From an uncultured virus (IMG/VR IMGVR_UViG_2061766007_000892) (lineage: Duplodnaviria > Heunggongvirae > Uroviricota > Caudoviricetes): 61,317 nucleotides of DNA. The stretch lies in the IMG/VR virus record IMGVR_UViG_2061766007_000892, one strand, 5' to 3'. Of this stretch, positions 36,387 through 49,082 are shown piece after piece (position 1 is the first letter of the stretch; each line of letters opens with the position of its first letter). Made by a program: the position numbers and the translations under genes. The notes below the pieces were generated by a model that was not told the DNA's origin, did no database searches, and saw only the letters and a program-made list of their open reading frames with translations.

Positions 36387-37460
36387 TTAAATAAATATAA
36401 AATCAAGACTTTCATCTGTGCTATTCCATTGGAGTTCTACGTTGTCTTGTACACGATAAATATCAGCGCGAATAGTGCCAGTAGAAGGTTGAACCGCTAT
36501 ATTATCATTATAATAAGTTATGCTTGTTCTATTATTAGTTATTGCTGTTGTAGAAGAAACATTTGTACAAGATTCAGTAGATAAAATTTTTCTCCAATAT
36601 GCTGTAGAGGAGGCTTGTTGAGTTGTTTGTGTATCAGTATTTTCCCAGGGCACATTAACAAACATTCTACCATCTTTATCCATTTCAATTGCATAGTATT
36701 TTCCGCTAGTAGTTGTAATGGCATTTACTGTAACAGCGGTAGCATTATTGCCAGTAGTAGGACCAGTACTTGCGGCTGTATGCGTATACCAAGGCTTTAC
36801 AAGTCCTACAGCAGTATTTGTTGCGATTGTAGCGGGAATTGTTACCGTTCTATCTGTTCCACTAACTTGGCCCGAAGTCGCTTGTGAAATTTGTTGAATA
36901 GTAAATGTACTACCAAATCCTGGTGTTTGATTTGCAGTTGGTTTTCCAGTAAAAGATGTATAGGTTTGATGCGCAGTTAATACTTTAACACCACCAGAAT
37001 ACAAACATCCATCAGTTCCAACATAAGCTGTATCATGTGAATAAGTTGGTGGATTAGCACTTTGTTCTGTAGCACCAATTAAATAAATTTTACTTGATGT
37101 ATCAGTTGAACCAGTAGTATTTTTAGTGTTAGTATCAGACCAAGGAACATTTACAAACATCCTGCCATCTTTATCCATTTCAACCGCGTAATATTTTCCC
37201 GCGTCGGTAGTAATTCCATTAACTGTAACTGCCGTGGCATTACTACCCGCAGTAGGCCCGCTACTTGCTACAGAATGATAATACCACGGTTTTACGATAC
37301 CAGCAACGGCGTTGGTGGCAATACTAATATTAACAGTGTCATCAGCTGGCGTTAAATAAAGTTCATTAGCATTGATTTGGTTATTAGCTAATGCCGTATT
37401 ATATTGTGATTGAGTTAAATAATTTATTTTTAAAGGAGATACATCTGTTGTAGTTGCCAT
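36387..37460 (-). CDS. tail fibre protein with internal duplication
   Basis: GxVKPWY...KYYAxEMDKDGRMFVNVPW repeated. Confidence 0.7.
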   Translation of the reverse strand: MATTTDVSPLKINYLTQSQYNTALANNQINANELYLTPADDTVNISIATNAVAGIVKPWYYHSVASSGPTAGSNATAVTVNGITTDAGKYYAVEMDKDGRMFVNVPWSDTNTKNTTGSTDTSSKIYLIGATEQSANPPTYSHDTAYVGTDGCLYSGGVKVLTAHQTYTSFTGKPTANQTPGFGSTFTIQQISQATSGQVSGTDRTVTIPATIATNTAVGLVKPWYTHTAASTGPTTGNNATAVTVNAITTTSGKYYAIEMDKDGRMFVNVPWENTDTQTTQQASSTAYWRKILSTESCTNVSSTTAITNNRTSITYYNDNIAVQPSTGTIRADIYRVQDNVELQWNSTDESLDFIFI

Positions 37461-37475
37461 ATTATTTACCTCCTT

Positions 37476-38234
37476 TTATGATAATGCGGCATTATTATAT
37501 GCGGTTTGATAAATGCGACTATAAACATTTGTATCTCCTTCATATATATGCCAAGTAAAAGTAAGAATAGTATTTGTTGGGTCTATATAATTCATTGCAT
37601 CTACTGGAAAATAAGTAGCATGAGCACGAACAGAGATACTACCTACTTGCAAATTAAGATAATCTTTGGTTGCATCAACATAAGATATTACTGGGTAGCT
37701 AGTAGTATAAATACCATAAGTGCTAGTAGTAGTTGAATAAGTTCCATCAGTCTTTTTATATAATAAAACTGCCTGACCGGTTACATAGCTACCACCATAA
37801 CTTTTTGAAGTACTTAATTTTCCAGTATTAGATATAGTATAATATTTTCCATAATGATAATCTCTACATGTACCAGTTTTTATTCCATGAACTAAACCAT
37901 TCATTACACTATCAGATTGTGTATATGCATATTCAATTTCCCCTTCTCCTATACAAACATAATTATGTAAATCTCTATCAATTATTATTCCATCATAATC
38001 TTCTCCAATTCTAAAAACATTAATTGTAGTAGAAGGAGAAGTGGAATAAGTGGTGGCTGGCAAAGTTAAGGTTTGAGCTGTAGTAGAAACAGTTAAAGAA
38101 CTATAATTAGTATTTGACAAAGGGAAACTAAATGTTTTTTCTGCAATTAATTTACTATTTCCCATATATCCTAATTGATTACCAGGCTGTAATCCCGCCA
38201 TATCCACTTTATTTGTTCCTAAATATATTGCCAT
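37476..38234 (-). CDS. tail-associated hypothetical protein
   Basis: MAIYLG N-terminus, context. Confidence 0.6.
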   Translation of the reverse strand: MAIYLGTNKVDMAGLQPGNQLGYMGNSKLIAEKTFSFPLSNTNYSSLTVSTTAQTLTLPATTYSTSPSTTINVFRIGEDYDGIIIDRDLHNYVCIGEGEIEYAYTQSDSVMNGLVHGIKTGTCRDYHYGKYYTISNTGKLSTSKSYGGSYVTGQAVLLYKKTDGTYSTTTSTYGIYTTSYPVISYVDATKDYLNLQVGSISVRAHATYFPVDAMNYIDPTNTILTFTWHIYEGDTNVYSRIYQTAYNNAALS

Positions 38235-38238
38235 CTAA

Positions 38239-41200
38239 TCACCACCTTACTATTTGTGCAGAAACAGTGCTTACTGTTCCTAAAGTATATGTTATTGCAT
38301 TATTTGTTACACTCATTCCCGTTACAACATTACCACTACCACTTGATGTTGCAGTTACTGCTGCTGGCATATTTGCCCAAGTAGGGGCCCCAGAACCATT
38401 TGATTTTAAATATTGCCCTGATGTTCCAGCACCAGTAGGTGCGTAGAAAGATGGAGAAGTAGTAGAGCTTCCATTTAATGTAATAGAGGGTATAGTTGGA
38501 AAATTAGTCCAACTTGGTGCGCCAGAACCGTTAGATTTTAAATATTGTCCAGAACTTCCTGCTCCGGTAGGAGCGTAGAAACTTGCGGTTGAACCCCCGG
38601 CTGAGGTGCCATTTAATGTAACTTTAGTACCACCTGCATAAGTACTCGCTTCTGTTACAACACCGGCACTAGAAACATAAACGGGCTTAGTTGTACTACC
38701 AACATCTGCAGAAGGAGCATCACTATTTAATGTTACTAATAAACCGGATTGATTTGGTAATGTATGCGTATAATCAGTTGTAGTAGATTTACCTACTATA
38801 ATGTGTGATTTAGTCGCTGCGGAATAAATGTTGATTTTTCCTTCAGAGTGGGCAGTTGTACTAGTTACATTGGCTGAATTACCTAAACTCAATACATCAT
38901 AAGCATTACCATTTGCTGAAGTAGAAGACGCAGTAGTTAATGTAATAGTACCATTTGTTAAAACTTTGGTACTAGGATTATATGATAAAGTTGTAGCATA
39001 GTTTGTTTCATAAGTGTTACCACTAGTTGGTGAAGCAGTAGTTGTCATTAACAATTTATATGCCGCACTTGTTGTTGATGAATTTTGTTTTACTTTTTCA
39101 TCTGTATTGTCGCTACTTGGTAATGAAACTGTGATTGAAGATATACCAGTTACATGTCCTGCTTCATCTAGAGTAATTTTAGGTATATTAAAAGTAGAGC
39201 CGCGAGAACCAGTTTGATTTGAAGTAGGGCCATTATTTGTAATACTAGAAGGTACTAAGTGAGCAATTTTTAATTCATCACTTCCAGCAGTATCACTATT
39301 TGTGCCAGCAAGAACAACCCATTTATTTGCCGCAGTTAGTTTTAAATTTTCACTATAATTACTGGCAACCACAGCAGTTGTATTTCCAGTTAAAGCAGAA
39401 GTTGTTGATGTATTGTTAGCAGGCGTAATTTTTCCATACCCAGCATCTCGGCTGTTTGTATAACATCCACTTGGAACTGTACCACTTAATTTAGTAGCAT
39501 CTAATGTAGAAGAAGCTGTTAATGGAGTAACTGCACTCCCATAGCTAGAAATATGTCCTTGTGCATCTATTTTTATTGGATAGATCGCTTGTGTTGTTTG
39601 TGCAGTTACAGAATTAGAGTGATTTAATGTGGTACCACTCTTTGATAACCCTGTCCCAGCAGTATCTATTTTTCCACTTACATCGGGAATATCAGTAGTT
39701 AGAGCAACTGTGCCAGTTTTATTTGGAAAAGTTATAGTTTGATTTGTGGTAGGATCTCCTGCTTCTAAACCAACATAATATGTAGTAGTTCCATATAATC
39801 TAATAACACCTTTTTTCCCACCTGTAGATGAAGTAGCAGTTGCATTACCTAAATCTAATCTCGCAAGACCTCCAGTAGTATTATCTGCTGATACATACGC
39901 TTTGACAGAAGCATGTTTACTTAGCCCCCCAGTAGTGGTAGAAGAACTTGTGCTACCCGTTAAATAATAAGTAGTTGCTGCAGTAACAGCAGTATTAGTA
40001 ACACTTACATCTGTATTGCTAACTGTATTGTTAATAGTAATAGTTTTAGTGCTTGTATTATCTTCTAAAGAAATACCCGTTCCTGCTGCTAAAGTAAATT
40101 CAGAGGTTGAAGTACCAGTACCACTTCCACCCGCAGTTAAAGTAGATGTAAATTTGTGGGAACTTAATGTTCCACTTAAACTATAAGTCGTATTAGTATC
40201 AGTATAACAGCTAGCAGGAATTGTTCCTGTTAGCTTAGTAGCATTTAAATCTGAGGCGGCTGTTAATGGTGTAATAGTATTACTTCCTAAAGTAATAACT
40301 CCATTTGCTATTTTAGCATCAGTAATACCATAACCGCTAAGTGTGGTTGCAGTATTAGCTTTATTATTCCAAGTATACTTCTCGCCTGTGGTAACTAAAG
40401 ATAAAGTTGTACCTCCACTGGCGGCACTTTCTGAAGAATAAGTGGTATCATAATAATTTCCAATTAAATGCCATTGAGTTCCATCATAAACAAAATCACA
40501 AACGCCCGCAAGTAAGGCTTTATTTACACCAGTAGTAATTCGTGCTCCTCTATGAAAAATATTTTTAGCCCCTTTTGAATTAACATTTAATGTTGGATTA
40601 TCAGCCGTATTAGCATAAGTAAAATTAACTGTTACTTTAGCACCTGATTCTAAAGTAAAAGTGCCACTTGAAATAGAAACAGTTTTTGCCGCAGTTCCAG
40701 CTGCAATGCTACAAGTGCCAAAACGAGTAATGGTAGCTCCAGTAATACCGTCTTGCTTAATTGTTTGATGAGTTGTTAAAACTTCATTTCCGCTACTATA
40801 TAATTTAGTAGCATATAAATATCCATCATAATTCAATCTTGTTGTTAATGTAGGATCTGTCGCCGCAGTATAAAAAGCCGCGGTTGATTGTTTAGAACTA
40901 TATGCTCCAACTGCGTAAGTAACTTGATTAGTCCCACTTGTTCCTGTTAAATTCCATAGGCCATCTGTTGCGCTTGCGGTAATCGTAAAGCTTTCAGGAT
41001 ATGCAGGTAAAGTCTTTTTAGTAGCAGTAATAACACCATTTTCATCTTGACTAATTGTATCTATAAAAGTCGTAGAAGTTGTAGTTAATGCTGTAGGGTC
41101 TGATTTGGCGGTTTGTTTTACTTTATAAGAACTTTCGTCGCCAAGTAAATTCCATTTACTATTGCCCCACACATATTCTTGAGAGCCATATAACACAACA

Positions 41201-41943
41201 TCACCTGCGGCCGCAGTTACATTTGAACCACTAATAGCAACTGTAGCAGTCGTATTTGCAGTTCCAGTAGATATATTTGTCGTTGTGACACCCAGAAAAT
41301 GCATCGCGTTTGAAAGACCGAGCGATGTGCGTAAAGTATCGGCAGTAATTACTCCTGTATTGCCTGCAACACTTGTTACTGGATAGGGTGGTGTTTGCCA
41401 CGTACCATCTTTTCGTAAAAATTGATTATTATGAGTAGCGTCGGTGCTTAAGGCTGCTTTAACTACTGTCGCATTAACAACATTGCTTACTTTTCTGCGA
41501 TGATAAGTAGTAGTTGTGGTGCCTCCTCCGGCATATTGAGCAACTAAATAGTCATTTAATTGAGCTGGAGATGTCCCTTCACCTAATCCATTGATTGCTG
41601 TGCTTAAATTAAGCCCTATTGCAATAGTGCCAGACGTAGTAATAGGACTGCCACTAATGGTAATACCGCCAGAGCCAGATGCGGCAACTGAAGTTAAATA
41701 TGTATTAGTATCTAAACTCCAAGTATTCGCACCAGTTTTTTTCAAAAATCCCGAAGTCCCAGTTAAATTTTCTATTGCTTGTAAATCAGTAGTGCCATCT
41801 ATATCCGAGAGTGCTATTGTTTCTTCTGGCACCATATATAAATAATTAGGATTAATACCAGTATAACCGCCTACGGTACCATTGTCTAATAATGTTTGAT
41901 ATTGACTATCAGTTAGGGTGATAATTTTTTCCAAATTTGCCAC
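38239..41943 (-). CDS. long Thr/Ser-rich tail fibre protein
   Basis: GTG start after GAGGTG; TTLSGYGITDA, D..GHIT, GQYLKSNGSGAP repeats. Confidence 0.8.
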   Translation of the reverse strand: MANLEKIITLTDSQYQTLLDNGTVGGYTGINPNYLYMVPEETIALSDIDGTTDLQAIENLTGTSGFLKKTGANTWSLDTNTYLTSVAASGSGGITISGSPITTSGTIAIGLNLSTAINGLGEGTSPAQLNDYLVAQYAGGGTTTTTYHRRKVSNVVNATVVKAALSTDATHNNQFLRKDGTWQTPPYPVTSVAGNTGVITADTLRTSLGLSNAMHFLGVTTTNISTGTANTTATVAISGSNVTAAAGDVVLYGSQEYVWGNSKWNLLGDESSYKVKQTAKSDPTALTTTSTTFIDTISQDENGVITATKKTLPAYPESFTITASATDGLWNLTGTSGTNQVTYAVGAYSSKQSTAAFYTAATDPTLTTRLNYDGYLYATKLYSSGNEVLTTHQTIKQDGITGATITRFGTCSIAAGTAAKTVSISSGTFTLESGAKVTVNFTYANTADNPTLNVNSKGAKNIFHRGARITTGVNKALLAGVCDFVYDGTQWHLIGNYYDTTYSSESAASGGTTLSLVTTGEKYTWNNKANTATTLSGYGITDAKIANGVITLGSNTITPLTAASDLNATKLTGTIPASCYTDTNTTYSLSGTLSSHKFTSTLTAGGSGTGTSTSEFTLAAGTGISLEDNTSTKTITINNTVSNTDVSVTNTAVTAATTYYLTGSTSSSTTTGGLSKHASVKAYVSADNTTGGLARLDLGNATATSSTGGKKGVIRLYGTTTYYVGLEAGDPTTNQTITFPNKTGTVALTTDIPDVSGKIDTAGTGLSKSGTTLNHSNSVTAQTTQAIYPIKIDAQGHISSYGSAVTPLTASSTLDATKLSGTVPSGCYTNSRDAGYGKITPANNTSTTSALTGNTTAVVASNYSENLKLTAANKWVVLAGTNSDTAGSDELKIAHLVPSSITNNGPTSNQTGSRGSTFNIPKITLDEAGHVTGISSITVSLPSSDNTDEKVKQNSSTTSAAYKLLMTTTASPTSGNTYETNYATTLSYNPSTKVLTNGTITLTTASSTSANGNAYDVLSLGNSANVTSTTAHSEGKINIYSAATKSHIIVGKSTTTDYTHTLPNQSGLLVTLNSDAPSADVGSTTKPVYVSSAGVVTEASTYAGGTKVTLNGTSAGGSTASFYAPTGAGSSGQYLKSNGSGAPSWTNFPTIPSITLNGSSTTSPSFYAPTGAGTSGQYLKSNGSGAPTWANMPAAVTATSSGSGNVVTGMSVTNNAITYTLGTVSTVSAQIVRW

Positions 41944-41954
41944 AATTCTCACCT

Positions 41955-44356
41955 CTGTACATAATTATTTGCGGTGTTGAACAAGTTGGCAAAATTTGTT
42001 TGTTCAACCCAATNNNNNNNNNNNNNNNNNNNNNNNNNNNNNNNNNNNNNNNNNTTTTTAAATAAATAACTGGTCCTCCGCCCGCGGAAGTACATGTAAC
42101 ATTTATATTATGCGTTGCAGTAATATTGGATAAACGATAAACATAATTTACTATAGTGTTATTTTGTTTATCTACACCTTCATAGTATTCTAATGACGAT
42201 GTTTTATCTACATTATTATCCGTTAAAGTAACTGTCGCACTATTATCATTTGGTATAATTGTAATATGATAAGAATCTCCTTCAAGAACAACTAATTGTC
42301 CATCAGGATATAACTTTGCATTATTTCCTGCACTAGTCACAAAGTAATAATCTACATCACCAAATATAAAAATTAAACTATGTTTTTGTTGTATGTTTGT
42401 AAGAGTGTATGTATATTCTCCACCCGCACTTGTTGCTTCTATACTTAAAATTTTCCATTGTAAAGAATCATTGCCACTATCACTAGCCTGGTCTTTAGCA
42501 TATTTAATATCAATATAATGTTCACCCATAGGGATTTCGTAAGTAAGAGTTTTTACTGTTGTAGTTGAATCAGCTGCTGCTGCGCACATATAATAATAAT
42601 TATTTGGGTCATCTGGACTAGCACTGCTACTAGCATAAGTATTACCAGTAGTAGTAACAGTAGTATCTATTTTTCCAAACATTCCGTAGTCAGCCTGTGA
42701 TTCGCCTTGGTTTATATATTGAATTGTAACTAAAACATTTGATTCTAAATCAAAATGTACTCTTGCTACTGATGCTGAAGAACTTACTCCAGTATTAGTT
42801 GATACATAATATCCAGTACTACTATTTAAATTAAATCCATATGATGCTCCACTGACTTGTGTTGTTACAGTATAAGTATTACTTGGTATTCCGCCAACTA
42901 ATTGATTTGTTATGTCAACACCGTTATCTAAAGCTAATGTTAATTGTGGGTCACTAGGGGTAATAGTAATTGTTTCGGTTGTACCTGCCTCTANNNNNNN
43001 NNNNNNNNNNNNNNNNNNTGAAGAAATCGTAAGTGAATAATAAGTTTTTTGCGGGTCTTCCTCTGGAGGAATAAAAGCCCCCGCTTGCTCTATTACAATA
43101 GTATGGTCAGCATTTACATTGGTCAAAGTATAGGTATAATAATCTTCTGGCGGTGTCGTATATTCAACAGACCAAGTAATACCTAACATGCGGCCGCCAT
43201 AATATCCAACTTCAAATCGTAATTGAGCATCTTGCAATTCTTCTACAGTCCAAGTTCCAGGATTTGTTACTGTAACCAAACTATTGGAAGTAGATGTAAA
43301 ATCCTGAATTGTGCCTTTTGCGGTAGAACCAGAATAACATTGAAAGCGCGCAACGTGAGAAGTATCAATACTAGCATTTTCACGCGCGCCATATACTTTT
43401 ACAGTTACGTCTGTAATAATAGCATTTGCAGGCATAGAACTAAAATCAAATGTGTAATTTATCCATGCAGTTTGACCTTCTGGCTTTGCGTATGTATTAG
43501 ATGTGTTGGAAGTTGAATATGGAGATTCAGCACTATGTCCTATTGCATATTCTAACCAACTTGTGCTTGATGTGCTTGAAGATTGATAAAAATTTACTCC
43601 ACTTGAACTAAATCCAGTTGTGAAGGTTTCTTCTGGTACAGCGGTTTTTGTTCCACTTTCGTTGCCTTGATGTTTCTGTAAAGATGAAGTAACATCATTA
43701 TTATTATCTGTTACTTTTATATCTTCTATACTTAAACTGCCTGTCATAATGGTAAAAACTTGATCTTCACCATTCATAACATTTTCGGCTAATGGAGAAA
43801 CTGATACACCATCCACTTCGCTTACAGCAGTAAGAGTATATTGTGTTCCAGAAACAGAATAATTTATTGTTAATGTAGCGCCATAGAAGTATAAATATGC
43901 GGCGCGAGTTGTACTACTCGTTCCACGAGTTCCGGTATAACGAACTTGAATATTATCAAGCTCTGCTCTAGTCCAAGAACCAGGAGTTAATGTATAAGCC
44001 GTTGCAGTAGTAGTTCTTGCACTTGTACTACTTCCTTTAGCAGTTGTATTACTATAAAGTTGAAGAACTGCGGTTGAAATATAATTTGTACTACTTACTC
44101 TGGCTTTAGCAGAACATGTAATTGAATCAATTGTAGCATTATTTGGTACATCAGAAACATCAAATGTATATGAAATATAAGTAGTAGCACGTGAGCCAGT
44201 ATTACAAGTTATATAAGCATAACTTGTAGAACTTGCGTCAGTATAACCATTTGTTACCGGATAGCTACTACTTATACTTGAATAAGAAGAATTAGCACTA
44301 CTATAACCCGAAGGGGTAAGAGTAACGCTGTCTTGAATATTAATAACTTGTGACAT
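41955..44356 (-). CDS. Ser/Thr-rich virion protein with repeated Ig-like modules
   Basis: Repeated YTYTLTN...H modules; 3' end near gap. Confidence 0.65.
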
Positions 44357-44368
44357 TCTTACCCCTCC

Positions 44369-45962
44369 TTATTGTTGTATATAAATATCACCGTTACTTC
44401 CTAATGAAGATGATGGAGCAGAACTACCAGTATAATAATTATTTATTACTAAATCACCAGTAATTAGTCTTCCGTCAACATAAGCAGTATCACCACTTAC
44501 TATACTGTGCGTTGTGGCTGTTGCATCACTAGTAAATGTTCCAGTAATTGTAGCAACACAGTCATCATCTAATTCATCGCCAACTTTAACGGTTACTCCA
44601 GATTTTATATTTGCGGCAGTAAGTCCAGAAATTTGGACAGCTTTAACAGTCATATTACCAGTTAAATAAGTACCGCTTGTTATAATCTCATCTGTTGTTG
44701 AAGGTGAAATGATTCGTGCGCCCTGTGTGGCGACTGTTGCAGTTAAAGAAACTGAACTATTACCCGCAGTACCTGCGCTTATATAGCCAGCAGTAGTAAC
44801 ATTTGGAGTAACACTTATTGTTTTTGTAAGAGTTAAAGTATTAGTACCAGTAGAGACACTTGCGGTTGTACCACTAATCGTTGATGGCGCTGTGACGCTA
44901 CCATTCGGCGTGGCGCTAATTGTATAATATCCACCCGCAGAATTATACCCCGGAGGAATATTAATGTACTGATTTGATGTGCTTCTACCAATTGTCGCCT
45001 TGGACGTATACCCAGAAGTCGCACTTGAAGACGCAGAAGTCGGCAATGTCATGTTTTCAACCGCATTAACCTTATAATATGCTCCTGCACTATTATATCC
45101 AGTCGGAATATTTATATACTGATCCGAAGTGCTACGAGATATAGTTGCTTTAGATGTATATCCAGAAGTTGCTGATGATGCCGCAGAAGTTGGTAATGTC
45201 ATTGTGGTTACTGATTTTGTTGCTTGGCTAGCGTAATAACCCGCCGGTATNNNNNNNNNNNNNNNNNNNNNNNNNNNNNNNNNNACGCCGTGTAATTGCA
45301 GACCCTACATAAGAGGAAGAAACAGCTCCAATTTTTATTGCGCCCAATGTATAGACATTTGCTGCGACTGCTGTTTGTTCCGATTCTGTTGGTGCAATAG
45401 TAGCGCCTTCTTGTGTAGTTAATTGAAGAGTTTTACTGGCTGTTTGAGCGCCTGCGTACCATCCAGCTTTGTCTGCGGCAATAGTGGACGTACCGGTTAC
45501 AATTCCTTGAGTTGTATCTATTGTTACAGTAGGGGCTAATAAGTCTCTTCGGGCCATTGTATAAGTAGCTGCTGCACTATAATATCCTGCAGGAGCTGTT
45601 ATTACATTAGAAGAAGCAGTTAAATCTATCGAAGTTCTTCTCGTAATGCCTGTACCGACATAGGTGCTGCTAATTGCATTTATTTGAACGCTCGATAATC
45701 CTTCATAACCAGAATCTGCGGTAATTGTTTGACTAGATTCTGTAGGTGAAATATTGGTCTTGGCCTGTAATAATGATGCAGAGGATGGAACTGTTACATC
45801 TACGCTAGCGTATTGCGCGACATCTATGCCCGAGCCGTTTGCGGTGATCTGCTTTGTGCCTTGAGGGCGCACATACGCCTTAAGCTGCCCGTTGTCGTCA
45901 TACGCCTTTATGCCCGCGACGTTCGTCCACTCTTTGCCAAATATCTCTAATGTATCAGACAT
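44369..45962 (-). CDS. repeat-rich tail protein (probably one gene across gap 45251-45284)
   Basis: TLPTSA.SSATSGYTSKATI.RSTS.QYINIP.GYN repeats; PTESEQT repeats. Confidence 0.6.
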
Positions 45963-45973
45963 ATGTCATCACC

Positions 45974-46225
45974 TCACTTACCTATAATGATGTCAAGGGC
46001 CTGCTGCGCGTCAATGGGTTCATCGTCAACAGGATCGTCGGGCCGCTCGTATTCTTCCCATGTCAAATTCTCACGCAGATGATAGTCCGTTGTCTCTGTG
46101 CGCTGCGGTTTACTCTGAATAACGCTCATGATCTGGTCATACTCCTGCTCGGTGATTTCCGTGCCGCCCCCGCCCGTGCCGATTGCGGTAATATAACCGT
46201 TTTTAATGGCTTTGTAATATCTCAT
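45974..46225 (-). CDS. small hypothetical protein (GC-rich patch)
   Basis: GGAGG RBS, 83 aa. Confidence 0.65.
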   Translation of the reverse strand: MRYYKAIKNGYITAIGTGGGGTEITEQEYDQIMSVIQSKPQRTETTDYHLRENLTWEEYERPDDPVDDEPIDAQQALDIIIGK

Positions 46226-46237
46226 GTCGCCCTCCTG

Positions 46238-48761
46238 TTAGGTAGTCGGTGCCCAGACGGCGATCCATTTGTAAGACCGGCCTGAACGAAAATAGCGTGA
46301 TGCACTGTTGGAATACGGGTGGAATCCCGTCTCGGTAACCCAATATCTTGGAAAAGAGCTTGAGGAATCGGATGTGTCGGATGATGGATATGTACAATAT
46401 ATTCTACCCGCGCCATAACTTGAACTTGATGAGTAAACCCATTGGGAAATAGAATAACNNNNNNNNNNNNNNNNNNNNNNAGGAAACGGATACCCAGATA
46501 TCAGATATGCGTCATCATAGCACCAAAATGTACAGCTATCTGCAATCAATGTATCTTTGCTTGATATGTCAGATAATATAACATGTATCGGCATTCCGCT
46601 GTGCGTTTTTTGAAAACTAATTGTTGCTCTCGCAATATCCGCGGTCGGTGTCCATGTCCCACTTTCATATTCCAGCCCACCGCCGCCACCGCTGACATTG
46701 ACCGTCACGGGGCTGTAGGCCGTGCCTGTTGGGGCGGTATAGGTGCCGTTGGTGGTGACGGAGAGAGGCTCGACATTGATATTTGTGCCGGGTTCGTTGG
46801 ACAGAACGAGATAGCCATCCTGATCCTGTGTCACAGCAACGTTGAATGAACCGTCGCTGACATTGACATCCACTGTGGCATAATTTGTAACATCAATATT
46901 TGTGCCATTTGAAGTTATTGATTTATTTCCACTGACCAATTCACTTGCTGATACTGTTACTGCAGTACCATTTTTTGTCCCACCAGTTATATAACCTGTT
47001 GTATTTGTAACAGAAGGTGTAATATTAATAGAATGGTTACTTACTGTTCCTTTAGAGGCTGTAGGAGTTCCTGCGCTNNNNNNNNNNNNNNNNNNNNNNN
47101 NNNNNNNNNNNNNNNNNCGTAACCGTCGCGCCAGATACTGTTAAATTAGATGAACTTCTTTGCGCTATGCCACTACCAATATAAGTACTGGAAATTCCTT
47201 CAACAGTTACAACACCCAGTCCAGTATATCCAGAATCCGCTGATATAGATTGTTCAGATTCGGTTGGTATCACAGTTTTATCTTGGTTATTGATTGTATC
47301 GCCCGCTGGTGGCTCATAAGTTCCAGTTACTCCAAAAATAGAAATATTCTTTTTAATATTTCCTGCGACTAAGTTAGAATCGCCCAAAATAGTCTGTTTT
47401 CCTGTTAAATAGGTTCCTGCGGCAATTATTTGACTAGTTGTGGTTGGAGTATAGCTGGTTGCGCCTTTAGTTGTAACATTAGCAGTTAATGAAACTGAAG
47501 CATTGCCTGCAGTTCCACTTGAAATATATCCTGCGGTTGTAACATTTGGTGTAACGGAAATTGTTTTAGTCAGCGTAATAGTATTTGTTCCATTACTTAC
47601 TGTCGCAGAAGAGCCAGAAATAGATGTCGGTGAAGTTACAGCGCCACTTGGCATTGCATTAATAGTTACTGTGCCTAAACCACTATAACCTGAATCCGCG
47701 GTTACAATTTGTTCAGAAGTTGTAGGCGATATTGTCTTGTCTTGATTGTTTATATCGCTACCAATTTGTACATTAACATTTTTATAATTTGTGACATCTT
47801 TAGTGCCATTTGAAGTAATGGAAAGTGTTCCACTTACTAATTCACTCGCAGTTACAGATACAGCAGTACCAGTTTTAGTAGAACCTGTAATATATCCAGT
47901 AATATTTGTAACACTTGGAGTAATAGATATAGAGTGATTAGTAACCGCGCCTTTTGAAGCAGTAGGAGTACCAGCAGTACCACTACTCACACTTTTAGAA
48001 GCAGAAACTGAATAATATCCGGAAGGCACAGTAATTGTGCTTCCTGAAATTGATAAATCGGTAGAATCTCTTAAATCTATTTCAGAACCTATATATGTAG
48101 AAGAAATAGGTTGTATTGTAACATTACCTAATCCAGTATAACCATTATCTGCTGATATTATTTGTTGAGATTCTGTAGGAGTAATTGTTTTATTTTGATT
48201 ATTTACTACAGAGCTTGCAGAAATATTTACATTTACACTAGCATAGTTAGTAACATCTTTTATACCATTTGATGTAATTGATAATGTGTCACTAACCAAT
48301 TCACTTGCACTAACAGATACTGGATTTCCAGTAATTGTACTACCAGTAATATAACCTGTAGTATTAGTTACAGTTGGAGTGATGTTTATTGTATTATTGC
48401 TCACGCTTCCTTTCGTAGCGGCAGGGGTTCCTGCCGTGCCACTGGGCATTTTAGAAATTTTATAATAAGATGCATTATTATTATAACCAGTACCTATGTT
48501 AATATATCTATCTGACGTACTCGGATCTATTGTCGTTATAAAAGTATAGCCAGATGTTGCCGAATTAGCTGTAGTTTGTGGTAACGTTAAAGATGGCATT
48601 GCAGTAATTGTTATGTTTTGAGTTAAGAGTTTATTAGATGTAGATAAAATAGTTGCGGTGATAGCTGGATTAATAGTATAACTGCCGCTATAAGTATCAT
48701 ACCCACCTGAATACACTAATTTAACTGGAGCTACGCGATTCCCATGGAAATAAATTGGCAT
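46238..48761 (-). CDS. repeat-rich tail protein (probably one gene across gap 47078-47117)
   Basis: NNQ.KTI.PTESQQ..AD.GY.GLG.V and ITSNG..DVTNY repeats. Confidence 0.65.
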
Positions 48762-48762
48762 A

Positions 48763-49059
48763 TTACGCACCTCCAGATTCTGTTAAATCTACAAGTTCAA
48801 CAGTGCTATCTGTGAAAACAGCGTTAGCTGGGACATTAGTGAGCACTGTATATCCTGTAATTGTATTAGCGTCAATAAACGGTAAATCCGAAACTTTAGT
48901 GTCTCCATCACCCACTTTTAAACGAGAAAAAGGGTGAGTACCATCAGCTGAATATATGATGATCTCACCCTCTTTTGGCTTAAAGTTTGTAGCTTTATTC
49001 CAATTAGCTTCAGTATCATTTTTCAACTGAATTCTCGTTTTTACGGTATTTACTGCCAT
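48763..49059 (-). CDS. Mtd/hyaluronidase N-terminal-like tail protein
   Basis: RIQLKNDTEANW...GEI...KVGDG..V.DLPF. Confidence 0.7.
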   Translation of the reverse strand: MAVNTVKTRIQLKNDTEANWNKATNFKPKEGEIIIYSADGTHPFSRLKVGDGDTKVSDLPFIDANTITGYTVLTNVPANAVFTDSTVELVDLTESGGA

Positions 49060-49082
49060 AAAATCACCTACTTGGCATCATT

